Assembly (NCBI GenBank): GCA_951406725.2
Contig: OX597814.1
Span: forward strand, 98,766,001 to 98,830,000
Origin: Octopus vulgaris
Lineage: Eukaryota
Direction of reading: 5' to 3'
DNA length: 64,000 nt
Both the position numbers and the translations under genes were made by a program. Shown in pieces: positions 27,055 to 38,336 of the stretch; the stretch's first letter is position 1, and each line of letters opens with the position of its first letter. The notes below the pieces were generated by a model. That model ran no database searches. It was not told the DNA's origin and saw nothing but the letters and a program-made list of their open reading frames with translations.

Positions 27055-27294
27055 TATATATATGAGGCGACTGAAGAAGGGGAATTTTCCTTGTTTTGTA
27101 TGTCCTGTAATCTATCTTTTCGTTGTTTAAGAAAAATGTCCATTTCCTTGGTTTTGTGTTTAGGTTTTCGTTTCTCATTGTGTTCGACGTTTTTTTGGTG
27201 TCCTGTACCCATATATGCATGTATATATACATGTAGAGGTAGGTACGTACATATATGTATGTATATATGCATATGTTTTATTTATTTATTAATT

Positions 27295-27359
<65 letters not shown>

Positions 27360-27363
<4 letters not shown>

Positions 27364-27792
27364 AATATAAGAGAGTGACCACTATGTGGTCTACTCTAGC
27401 ACTAAAAATAGATCCGCTAGGTTTCAGCCACGAAGAATTGTTCCGTGAATTTTGGCGGGGGCACTTGAATTATAACGGCGAATACAATCGACTGAACCGC
27501 ATGTATGTTTATCGTTATGGTAAAATCTGGCATGCGGTTGAGTAAATTGTATTCTGGACGGGTTCGGCTGAGGAGCTACAGATATGTTATGTGAGTAAAA
27601 TTACATAATTTATTAATAGCGAAACAATTGTCCTGAATTAATCTACATTTTTGTTATTTTTATTTGCCCTGTTCGTTTACGCTAATAGTTGTGCTAACTT
27701 TCATCGGAAACAATTCTTTGTGGCTGAAACCTAGCGGATCTATTTTTAGTGCTAGAGTAGACCACATAGTGGTCACTCTCTTATATTTACGT
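27360..27792. repeat. ~85-bp near-perfect inverted repeat pair (27360-27444 / 27707-27792) around a structured spacer
   Basis: taaatataagagagtgaccactatgtggtctactctagcactaaaaatagatccgctaggtttcagccac and its exact reverse complement. Confidence 0.9.
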
Positions 27793-27893
27793 ATAAAATT
27801 TATTGTATTCCTGGTTTTTATGCACTAAGCCACTAGTGTTAAATTGATGGTACTAGTGTTAAATTAGTATCCAATTTTCTCACCCTTATTAGT

Positions 27894-27956
<63 letters not shown>

Positions 27957-28433
27957 CATACATACATATCATATCAGCACGGACGTTCAAAAGAGTGAGT
28001 GTATTTTTCTCTCTCTTCTATCGTTTCCCTTTTCAAAAAAATATTTCTCCCAGCCTTCACTATTTTCCTCTCGTTGTGGTCTAACGACCCTCCATGATTG
28101 TTTTCGTACAGTTTCCTTGTATGTCTTGTATGTCTCCACTTTCATGTTTTTGTTCCCAACTTTAGCCCTTCATAAATCCTAAATTTGGGGACTCATATTG
28201 TTGTTGAATGCTCGAAGTAAGGAGTAGATAGACAGCCAACAACTGTTGAAGGGTCTTTTCTCTGTGCTTACTTGTCCTGTTCTACATTTTTTCTCGTTGT
28301 TTACGTATTTAACTCGTTTATTTAAGTATTTCCTGTTGTTTGAACCGTTGGTGACGTCCTGTTCCCATATGTATATATCTACCTAAATACACGTACATGC
28401 ATATATGTACAGGCAACACACATACACACTAAT

Positions 28434-28507
<74 letters not shown>

Positions 28508-28824
28508 GGCGTGAATGTGTGATAAGAAATTTGCTTCCCGGTCATATGGATCCGAGATCAGTCCTACTGCGTGGCACTGTGGGTAAGTAACTTGTACCAT
28601 AGCTTCAGGTCGACCAACGTCTTGTGGGTGGATTTGGCAGATGGAAACAAACTGAAAGAAGCCCGTCTTGTATGTATGTATGTATGTATGTATGTATGTA
28701 TGTATGTATGTATGTATGTATGTATGTATGTATGTATGTATGTGTGTGTGTGTGTATGTATGTATGCATGCATGGATGCATGCATGTATGTATGTATGTA
28801 TGTATGTATGTATGTATGTATGTA

Positions 28825-28872
<48 letters not shown>

Positions 28873-29057
28873 TCTGTGACAACCAGCGTTGGTGTGTTAA
28901 CGTCCTCGTAAATTAGCGATTCGGAAAAGAAACCGATAAAATAAGCACAAGGCTTAAAAAAATGTCCCGGGCATCTATTTGTTCGACTAGAACCCTTCGA
29001 GGTGGTGCCCCAGCATGGCTGCAGTCAAATAACTGAAACAAGTAAAAAATTAAAAGA
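28508..29057 (+). mobile_element. Diverged SINE family A with expanded internal TATG/TG microsatellite
   Basis: Family A head, middle (aaactgaaagaagcccgtc) and tail (ccagcatggctgcagtcaaat.actgaaacaagtaaaa). Confidence 0.8.
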
Positions 29058-29280
29058 TGCGTTTTAACTCAAAGTTGTAACATACATCCAGCTTAGTTTT
29101 TTACTGGTAGATTTACCTGCGACTTGCGAGTTATTATCAAAGATGGCGGTCTGATCGCGATTGCATAGAAGACAGCAACTCAACTGCAACTAATTAAAGA
29201 TTCATTGGACACAGCGTGTGGCAGTTGTTGTCGCTGGGCCTAATTCATTGTAAAGCAGATACCATCATGAATGATATCCT

Positions 29281-29381
29281 GAATTTGGCTAAAATGAGGC
29301 GATGAGAATTTGGTTAAAATGAGGCGATGAGAATTTGGTTAAAATGAGGCGATGAGAATTTGGTTAAAATGAGGCAATGAG
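29281..29381 (+). repeat. 25-bp minisatellite (gaatttggttaaaatgaggcgatga) x4
   Basis: Directly visible. Confidence 0.92.
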
Positions 29382-29814
29382 CAATGAATAGAAGAATATT
29401 GAGCGAAACCTAATAAGCAGTTGATCTAGCAAGCGGGGTTTCATCTCAGTAAGGAGTGGGGCAGGCGGTGCACAATAATGCAGTCGAGAGGAAAGCTCCA
29501 AAACGGCTCGCATTCTCTCCTGATGACCCCACAAGCTTGCCAGCATCCGGTATGCGGAGCTTTCAACTGGTAGCACTTGCATCTAAAGAAAGGAGTAAAT
29601 ATTGCAAGGTCAAATTAGATGGAAATAAATGAAGACCCGAACAACCTTCTCTACACTAGGACTACCAAGACTATTCTTCTATAGCTGTGGTCGGGGTTAT
29701 GCCAAATTTTTGATTTATAAACAGACGAGAAAGCAAATAATCGTTCGTGAAATTGATTTACATAAATAGAATTTTCTGCCAAGAAGTGTGACAACCAAGA
29801 AGAAAGAATATGCG

Positions 29815-29895
<81 letters not shown>

Positions 29896-30129
29896 ACACA
29901 CATACTCACACACACACGCACACACACACACACACAGAAATTTATATATACATACACATACATAAATTCGCATACATGCATATGTACAAACGCCTGCAGA
30001 CACCTTTATTTATACGTATATATAAATATACATGTATTCCCAACCACAAGTGTCTTCTGCTATAGCTTCGGGCCGACCAAAGACTCGTGAGTAGCTCTGG
30101 TTGACGTAAACTGTAATAAGCCCGTCTTA

Positions 30130-30169
<40 letters not shown>

Positions 30170-31161
30170 TAGTATATTCTGTTAAGAACGCAGTAGAGTA
30201 CAGTATAAAGCTCGCTCGTCCACTTTCAGATTTAAATTGTGCTTTCCAGTAGTAGTATTATATGTGCTTCCAGGTTTGCGTTTGGGCATCTGTCGTATGT
30301 GAATAGATAACTGAAAAAATTGGAGTCAACAAGAAGGGTACGGTTGGACATTTATTTTTTAATCACTACAATTGTTTGCACGCAACGTAGTTCTCCAGGT
30401 GTGCAGGTACTTGATTAGGAAACTATTTCCTTGCAGTATGAGATCTAGTTGTGTTTCCTCAGGCGATATGTAAATATTGTCTCTATAAGTTTAAAATCCT
30501 CGGCTTCAAGAACACCCTATCTCTCTGTCGTTGCCTTAATTTAGTAGTAGTCACAGAGCCTATCAGGGTATGTTGTTGGTGAAGAGCCGTTGGCAAACTG
30601 CTTTGAATGCGTAAATGTAATGGAATGGTGATTCTCGTACTGTTAAAGTGGTTACCGTTTTAAAGAGATTGGTGTTTTATTTCTTTGTACTGTTGATTTG
30701 GTCTTCATAGTTGTTTAGACATACGATTCTCTTTAGCTGGCCTTTAAGATTCAACGCACGGACACATACACGCATATATGCGCGCGCACACACATACACA
30801 CATATATAAAATCTACACACACATATACATACGGATATATACACACGCTCACATATACGGATATGTACGCGCACTCACGTACATATATATAAGTACACCT
30901 ACACTCGCTCGCATATACATACACAGATGCTCGCGTGTGCATACACACATGTATACATATCTACTTACACACACACTCACACCATACATATAAATTAAAA
31001 AAGAGTAGCTTATTAGCAATTACAATCTAAAGGCGAAATTAATAGAGGTAAAAAAAGTGACAGATGGTACTGGCTAGCACAGTTTTTGTTAAAATAACTC
31101 AAAGCCACAAAAGCACTGAACTTAATGACTGATAAAGAGAGGTAAGTCCCCAGCGTGCATG

Positions 31162-31215
31162 GCCGGATCGCAATTTCGGATTTTGATGCAGGCCATCTTA
31201 ATCTTCATCAGCGAC
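31162..31215 (-). ncRNA. Type I minimal hammerhead ribozyme motif
   Basis: Minus strand reads GUCG-CUGAUGA-A-GAUU[aagauggccugcaucaa]AAUC-C-GAAA-UUGCGA-UC-CGGC: intact core, stem I GUCG/CGGC, stem II GAUU/AAUC, near-palindromic short stem III and AUC cleavage triplet. Confidence 0.72.
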
Positions 31216-31619
31216 TCTTAAAGCCTAGAGTTAAACACGACTGCCTCTATCAGTATTACAAGAAAAACCGTTGAAAACGTGCTGATTTTCAAAACGGTAA
31301 AAGTGTAAACAATAAATTAAAAAGGGGGGCTTATTAGCAATTAAAGCATAAAGGCAAAATTAATAGAGGTCACAAAAGTGACTATATATATATATATTTT
31401 TTTTTTCTCTCCTTGTTTTTTCTGCATCCCTTTCTGTAGAAGAGTGTAGGCTCGAAACGTAAAAGACTTTTTCTATTCCTGAGCGTTATCCTAATACACC
31501 TGTTTGTTTTGTACACCACCTGTCTTCGTCTTTTGTTTTTTTCGTAAACTCTCCCCATATAACGTAAAGTATACTAGCCATCTCAATATAGCTAACCACA
31601 AAACTACAGTAACACCCAC

Positions 31620-31872
31620 CCTTGAAGCAATCCAGAGAAGATTCACAAAGAAGATCGTCTCTTTGCAACAGCTCAGCTACTGGGAAAGGTTGAAACAGCT
31701 AAGACTCTACTCCCTGGAGAGAAGACGGGAGAGGCATGCAGTAATATATGTCTGGAAGATCCTGGAAGGAATTGTGCCAAATTTCGGCATTGTAAGCGAC
31801 ACCAATGCTACAACAGGACGACACTGCATAGTACCAAAGATCCCAGCAATGCCATCACGTTTCAGGACCAGC
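31620..31872 (+). mobile_element. CR1/L2-group LINE ORF2 C-terminal fragment
   Basis: LEAIQRRFTKKI..L..LSYWERLK.L.LYSLERRRER...IY.WKILEG.VPN. Confidence 0.85.
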
Positions 31873-33286
31873 TTTTTTGAAAATTTTCCCCAAAATTATT
31901 GAAAAATTTTTTGAAAATTTTCCCTAAAAATTTGTTGAAAAATTTTAAAAAAATTTTCCTCAAAAAGTTTTTGAAAAATTCTTTGAAAATTTTTTTGAAG
32001 ATTTCCCCCAAAATTTTTGAAGAATTTTTTGAAAACTTTCCCCAAAAATTAAAAAAAAAAACTTTTTTGAAAATTTTCCTCAAAAATATTTGAAAAATTT
32101 TTGAGCAAATTTTCCCCAAAAATTTTTGAAAAATTTTTTGTAAATTTTCCTCCAAAAATTTTTGAAAACTTTTTTTGAAAATTTTCCCTAAAAATTTGTT
32201 AAAAAGTATTTTAAAAATTTTCCTCAAAGATTTTTTGAAAGATTTTTTGAAAATTTTCCCTAAAAATTTTTGAAAAGTTTCCTCAAAAGTTTTTGAAAAT
32301 TTTTCCCAAAATATTTTGAAAATCATCCCCCAAAATTTTTAAATTTTGAAAATTTTCCTCAAAGATTTTTTGAAAAATATTTTGAAAATTTTCCCTAAAA
32401 ATTTTTGAAAAGTTTCCTTAAAAGGTTTTGAAAATTTTTCCGCAAAAATTTTGAAAATCATCCCCCAAAACTTTTAAATTTTGAAAATTTTCCTCAAAGA
32501 TTTTTTGAAAAATTTTTTGAAAATTTTCCCTAAAAATTTTTGAAAAGTTTCCTCAAAAGTTTTTGAAAATTTTTCTGCAAAAATTTTGAAAATCATCCCC
32601 AAAAATTTTTGAAAAATTTTTTGAAAATATTTTGAAAATTTCCCCAAAATTTTTGAAAATTTTCCTCAAAAAGTTTTGAAAATTTTTCCCAAAAATTTTT
32701 GAAAAATCTTTTGAAGATTTCTCCTCAAAAATTTTTGAAAATTTTCGCCAAAAATTTTCAAAAAATTTTTCAAAACTTTTAGGAGAAAATTTTTGGGGAA
32801 AATTTGCTCAAAAATTTTTGAAAAATTTTTGAGCAAATTTTCCCCAAAAATTTAAAAAAAAATTTCCAAACATTTTTGGAGAAAACTTTCGAAAATTTTT
32901 CAAAAATTTTTGGGAAAATTTTCAAAATATATTTTTATAATTTTGGGGAAAATTTTTGAAAAAGTGTTTGGGGAAACTTTTCAAAAAATTTTTCAATAAT
33001 TTTGGGGTAACATTTTCAAAAAATATTTTGGGAAAAGTTTTAAAAAATTTTGGGGTAACATTTTCAAAAAATATTTTTGGAAAAGTTTCAAAAAATTAAA
33101 AAAAAATTTTTAGGAAAATTTTCAAAAAATTAAAAAAAAATTTTTTTACGGAAAATTTTCAAAAGTTTTTGAGGAAAATTTTCAAAAACTTTTTGAGGAA
33201 ATTTTTCAAAAAACTTCTAAACTTTTTGGGGAAAATTTTCAAAAATTTTTGAGGAAAATTTTCAAAGAATTTTTCAAAAATTTTGA
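31873..33286. repeat. A/T-run satellite (units such as tttttgaaaattttcc(c/t)caaaaa) with orientation switch
   Basis: The left part is rich in ttcc/cccc runs. The right part (>~32780) is rich in the complementary ggaa/gggg runs. Confidence 0.9.
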
Positions 33287-33695
33287 ATCGCTGTTGTTTT
33301 CCATAATTAGACAATACTCCCACCCTTTTGACACAATTCAATGATGTAAGCGATCTCTGAGACAATGTGATGTTTTGACCATATTGTGTGTGTCCTTTTA
33401 ATTAATTTTTTTTTAACTAAACACTTTCAAACTTCCGATACTGGTAGAATGTGTGAATAGAACAGGGTTTACTCTTAACGTTTTTGATAACATTTTGTAC
33501 TTTAGAAGTTATTTACTCTGAAGTTACAGAGTGACAATGGACAAATTCGTGTTTGATAAGTGCCAATACACGAAACTCTCAGCTGGTCTTCCATAAACAA
33601 CCTTGCCCGGACTTGTGCCTGGGAGGGTAACTTTCCAGGTGCAATCCCACGGTCAGTCATGATGTGTGTATATATATATATCTCAACCCGGGACC

Positions 33696-33742
<47 letters not shown>

Positions 33743-33975
33743 CTGTATGTGTATATATATGTATGTATATATATATATGTATATGTATGTATATATATGT
33801 ATATACATATATATTTTTATACTTTGATACTTTGATAGGTTTCGGCCATTATTGGCCCAGGCCATGTCTAACTTAATAGCACCACCTGGTGCTATACATA
33901 AACATATGTATATATATATATATGTACATGTATATACATATATATTTTTATACATATGTATATATATATACATAC

Positions 33976-34023
<48 letters not shown>

Positions 34024-34792
34024 GCATATATACATGTATATATAGGTATATATATATGCATATATATATATGTGTATATAATTGTATATTTATATATATA
34101 TATAAAATATAAATTAGAGATAAAACCGCTGTTATGCAACTCAATATAAGTCACCTGATGAGACATCTGCATTTGTGATATACCTCAACTGTTTGTAAAG
34201 CATCTCATCAGCGAGGCACCGGTGCACGACAGGTCGAAATGTATGTATGTATGTATGTATATATATATATATATATTTATTTGTTTTTTATTTATCTAGT
34301 TTCAGCTCACAAGCTGTGGCCATGCTGGGGCACCGCCATTTGGTGTTACACACACACACACATATATATATGTGTATATATAAATGTATGTATATATAAA
34401 TATATGTATATATATATATATATATCTTTTACCCTTTTATTTGTTTCAGTCATTTGACTGCGGCCATGCTGGAGCACCGCCTTTAACCGAGCAACTCGAC
34501 CCCGGGACTTATTCTTTGTAAGCCCAGTACTTATTCTATCGGTCTCTTTTTGCCGAACCGCTAAGTGACGGGGACATAAACACACCAGCATCGGTTGTCA
34601 AGCAATGCTAAGGGGACAAACACAGACACACAAACACACACACATACATATATATATATACATACATATATACGACGGGCTTCTTTCAGTTTCCGTCTAC
34701 CAAATCAACTCACAAGGCTTTTTGTCGGCCCGAGGCTATGTTAGAAGAAGACACTTGCCCAAGTTGCGCCTATATATATATATATATATATA

Positions 34793-35592
34793 CTAGCAGC
34801 ATAGCCCGGCGTTGCCCGGGTATGTAAGAGCCCCTAGTAGGCAACGACTAATCCCAATCTAGTCCTTTCCCTCTAGGGAACGAAGGCGCATGTGTAGGTT
34901 GCAATGTCTTCTCTTCACTCCCAAATAACTATCAAACAGCTATCGATAATTCAACCCAACCAATTCCTACCAGGAAGAAATTACATTCGAGACTTTACCC
35001 CCAACACCGCCACTTCTGCTAATAGCTGCTGCAGCCGCAAGTTATTCGAATCCTTTTTTTGTTTACACTTTCTTTATAACTACCACCCCAAACGTTTTAC
35101 CTTAAATTTTTGATGTACCCTAAGGGTCCTCGGACGCTACTTGCAAACTCTTGGTTTATTATAAACCGCTTTTGTCGTGTGCACCAAAAAACTTTTTCCA
35201 TTCGTTTGTTCAGTTTGGTCACTTTTGACTTTTTCGTTGTTGTCACTCACATTGCTGCCCGCTTTTTTGCTGTTTTTGTACATTTTTATACATTTTGGGA
35301 TACTTACCCCACGTGTTCCGAGAGTTAAAAAGGTCGAGTTGCGTTCCCTAGACAGTCTGTAGAAAATGTGTTGCATATAAAAAGCTTAGATTCTCGACCC
35401 ATGTCGAATTTATCAATTTCTTTTCAGAACTGGGGGAACTTTTCAAAATTTTCGCTGCGTTAGTTTTGAATTATGACATTGGGCTATGTGTGTGTCAAGT
35501 TTCATCAGAATCGGTTGGAAGCCGTGGTCAGGGTGAGGGTACAACCTGACAGACACACAGACACACAGACAGACAAACTGCCGTTTATATAT
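34793..35592 (-). mobile_element. Non-autonomous Helitron
   Basis: Minus-strand 3' end cccgggcaacgccggg hairpin + ctatgctgCTAG|ta. The 5' end tatataaacggcagtttgtctgtctgtgtg lies in a TA tract. Same 3' terminus as the Helitron ending at 59327. Confidence 0.8.
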
Positions 35593-36130
35593 ATATATAT
35601 ATATATATGGGGTATGGGGAGTTTTCGTCAGGATAACTCAAACTAATAGGCATATTTTACTATTTTTTACCATTCGTTATGTAGCTAATTTAGATTGAAT
35701 TAATTCAAATTAAATGTCCTTATCATGTCTTGCCGAATTGTTTGCTTTACTTCACTACTTTAACACACACGGACACGCGCACGCGTATTTTAAATTTGCG
35801 TATACCCCTTGTAATATGTCGTTTAAAGCCTGTTCACTGTATTCGGCTACCTGATGTCATCAACAGTATGCGTTGTAAATGACACTGAATTTACTTTAGG
35901 AAATCCTTTCGTATCCGTAGCGTTTATAAAATAACTCGAGTTTCTGATGTATACGAGTAGCGAACTTCAGCTACCAAAATGTATTCTAATCAAAATAACC
36001 AAACGGAGATTAAGTCACCTGATGAGACATATCTGCACCTGTGATATGCCTCAACTGTTTGTAAAACATCTCATCAGCGAGGCACCGGTGCACGACAGGT
36101 CGAAATGCTTTGTATGTATGTATGTATGTT

Positions 36131-36204
<74 letters not shown>

Positions 36205-36413
36205 ATGAAATGGATAAATGAATTATCTTGTTACGGATTATTCAAGATTTAACCGATACCTGTGTAGCAAAAATCACACCAGAAAAGACACGGTTGAGGT
36301 TACGACCATGGGGGTTCGCCCCCGTGCTTTAGCGCGGATAATTGAAGTTTTATATATTTAGTGAAGGGATGAAATGGAGCCGAACGAAGATTCTACAAAA
36401 TTCCTTTTTATTA

Positions 36414-36497
36414 TTTTCTACACATGTTTCAAAGGCTGCAAATTCCCAAATTCGGATTGAATAAGGAGACCATTCTGCAGCTTTCTCTTCAGGAAAA
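36414..36497 (-). ncRNA. Type I hammerhead ribozyme motif (left arm, mirror copy)
   Basis: Exact reverse complement of 36847-36930. Confidence 0.75.
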
Positions 36498-36846
36498 TCC
36501 AGGAATTTAAAATCTCCAAACAAATGCGCAGCAAGCTTTTCGAACAAAACGCTCTCTAGGAGCCCATGGCAAAATGGCACAAAACTGACTCTCAATATGC
36601 GCTGACGTCAGAGTGGGTGAAGGCCGACGAAAAAATCCGTTGGAATAAACCTAGGTCAAGCCACGGTCAAATTTGACCGTGGCTTGACCTAGGTTTATTC
36701 CAACGGATTTTTTCGTCGGCCTTCACCCACTCTGATGTCAGCGCATATTGAGAGTCAGTTTTGTGCCATTTTTGCCATGGGCTCCTAGAGAGCGTTTTGT
36801 TCGAAAAGCTTGCTGCGCATTTGTTTGGAGATTTTAAATTCCTGGA

Positions 36847-36930
36847 TTTTCCTGAAGAGAAAGCTGCAGAATGGTCTCCTTATTCAATCCGAATTTGGGA
36901 ATTTGCAGCCTTTGAAACATGTGTAGAAAA
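36847..36930 (+). ncRNA. Type I hammerhead ribozyme motif with extended stem II (right arm)
   Basis: UUUUC-CUGAAGA-GAAAGCUGCA[...]UGCAGCCUUU-GAAA-CAUGUG-UA-GAAAA. Predicted cleavage after A36925 (GUA). AATAAA at 36932-36937. Confidence 0.75.
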
Positions 36931-37097
36931 TAATAAAAAGGAATTTTGTAGAATCTTCGTTCGGCTCCATTTCATCCCTTCACTAAATATATATATATAC
37001 ATATATATGTGTGTATGTCTTTCAAAATGTGACCTCGTGTGTACCGTTGGCGATTTTTTTCCCTGTCTTCCCTTCTCTGGATCTTTCCTTCTCCTAT

Positions 37098-37132
37098 GTT
37101 TCCGACGAAGAGCTCCGCTCGAAACGTTAAAC
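37098..37132 (+). ncRNA. Minimal hammerhead-like motif (U4C variant) in a short PLE-type repeat
   Basis: GUUU-CCGACGA-A-GAGC ucc GCUC-GAAA-CG-UU-AAAC. A related copy at 31431-31466 has core CUGUAGA. Confidence 0.5.
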
Positions 37133-37233
37133 CCTCCTTCTTTCCTTCTTTCCTGAGCGTCCAATAATACTATATTTGTTCCACGTCCTCGCGTTGTTGT
37201 GTTTTTTTGTGCTTTCTTGTTTGGATTAGCTTT

Positions 37234-37639
37234 CAGGAGTGGCTGCGTGGTAAGTAGCTTGCTAACCAACCACATAGTTCCGGGTTCAGTCCCACTGCGT
37301 GGCATCTTGGGCAATTGTCTTCTGCTATAGCCCTGGGCCGACCAATGCCTTGTGAGTGGATTTGGTAGACGGAAACTGAAAGAAGCCTGTCGTATATATG
37401 TATATATATATATATGTATGTGTGTGTGTTTGTGTGTCTGTATTTGTCCCCCTACCATTGCTTGACAACCGATGCTGGTGTGTTTACGTCCCCGTCACTT
37501 AGCGGTTCGGCAAAAGAGACCGATAGAATAAGTACTGGGCTTACAATGAATAAGTCCCGGGGTCGATTTGCTCGACTAAAGGCGGTGCTCCAGCATGGCC
37601 GCAGTGAAATGACTGAAACAAGTAAAAGAGTAAAAGAGT
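37234..37639 (+). mobile_element. SINE family A, full length
   Basis: tRNA-like head, internal TA/TG tract and gtaaaaga tail. Confidence 0.9.
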
Positions 37640-37684
37640 ATATATACAAATACATATATGTGCATATATATATATACATAAAAA

Positions 37685-37783
<99 letters not shown>

Positions 37784-38279
37784 ATATATATATACAGTTG
37801 CGTGTTTGAGTGCGCATGCTTGCACATGAGAGTAATTATGTATATGGTTGCCTATATACATCAACTTAATATAAATATATACCGGAATATATTAAAGTTT
37901 GTCTCTCTCACTCGTTTTACACCTATACATTTATGAATATATAAATATATACGGAGGAAATGAATGAAAAAGACTCAGAAAAGAGACAGAGAAAGAAAAA
38001 AGAGTGACAGAGATAAAGAGGAAAAGAAAACAAAGACAGACTGACATCAGCTATAATAAAGATGATAGAACTGATTTCATAGGATTGACACAGCAACAGC
38101 ATTAATCATGCAATATTTACCTGAAAAATAGTGATAAAAATAAAAGAGAATATATATTTAATACATAACCTTTACTTATCAGTTCTTTTTGATGTTTCAG
38201 CCATCGATATTTTGTCGAGATTCTCATTTTACATTACAAAGACTTTATCCACATTTTGTAATATTGTGTATGTGTGTGT

Positions 38280-38336
<57 letters not shown>

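Larger units (their letters stand above)
36351..36993. repeat. 643-bp spacer-less palindrome (head-to-head inverted Penelope-type pLTRs)
   Basis: Centre ggtcaaa|tttgacc at 36671/36672. By eye the arms differ by one substitution and one 1-nt indel. The mirrored ORFs 36350-36595(-) and 36761-37156(+) share sequence. Confidence 0.95.

Noticed and set aside
29281-29381. Regular 25-bp repeats considered as a CRISPR array
   Set aside because: The repeats are contiguous with no unique spacers, the context is eukaryotic and there are no cas genes. It is a minisatellite.
31862-33365. K/F/I-rich ORFs resembling amphipathic or antimicrobial peptides
   Set aside because: They are translations of the A/T-run satellite and appear on both strands.
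36290-36345. Twister or HDV ribozyme
   Set aside because: The required pseudoknot pairings and conserved residues could not be placed by eye. It is kept only as an unexplained structured tail.
36350-37156. Two ORFs with identical peptide (FCHGLLESVLFEKLAAHLF...) suggesting a duplicated gene
   Set aside because: They are mirror images produced by the palindrome. They have no splice signals or recognisable domain and overlap the hammerhead motif.
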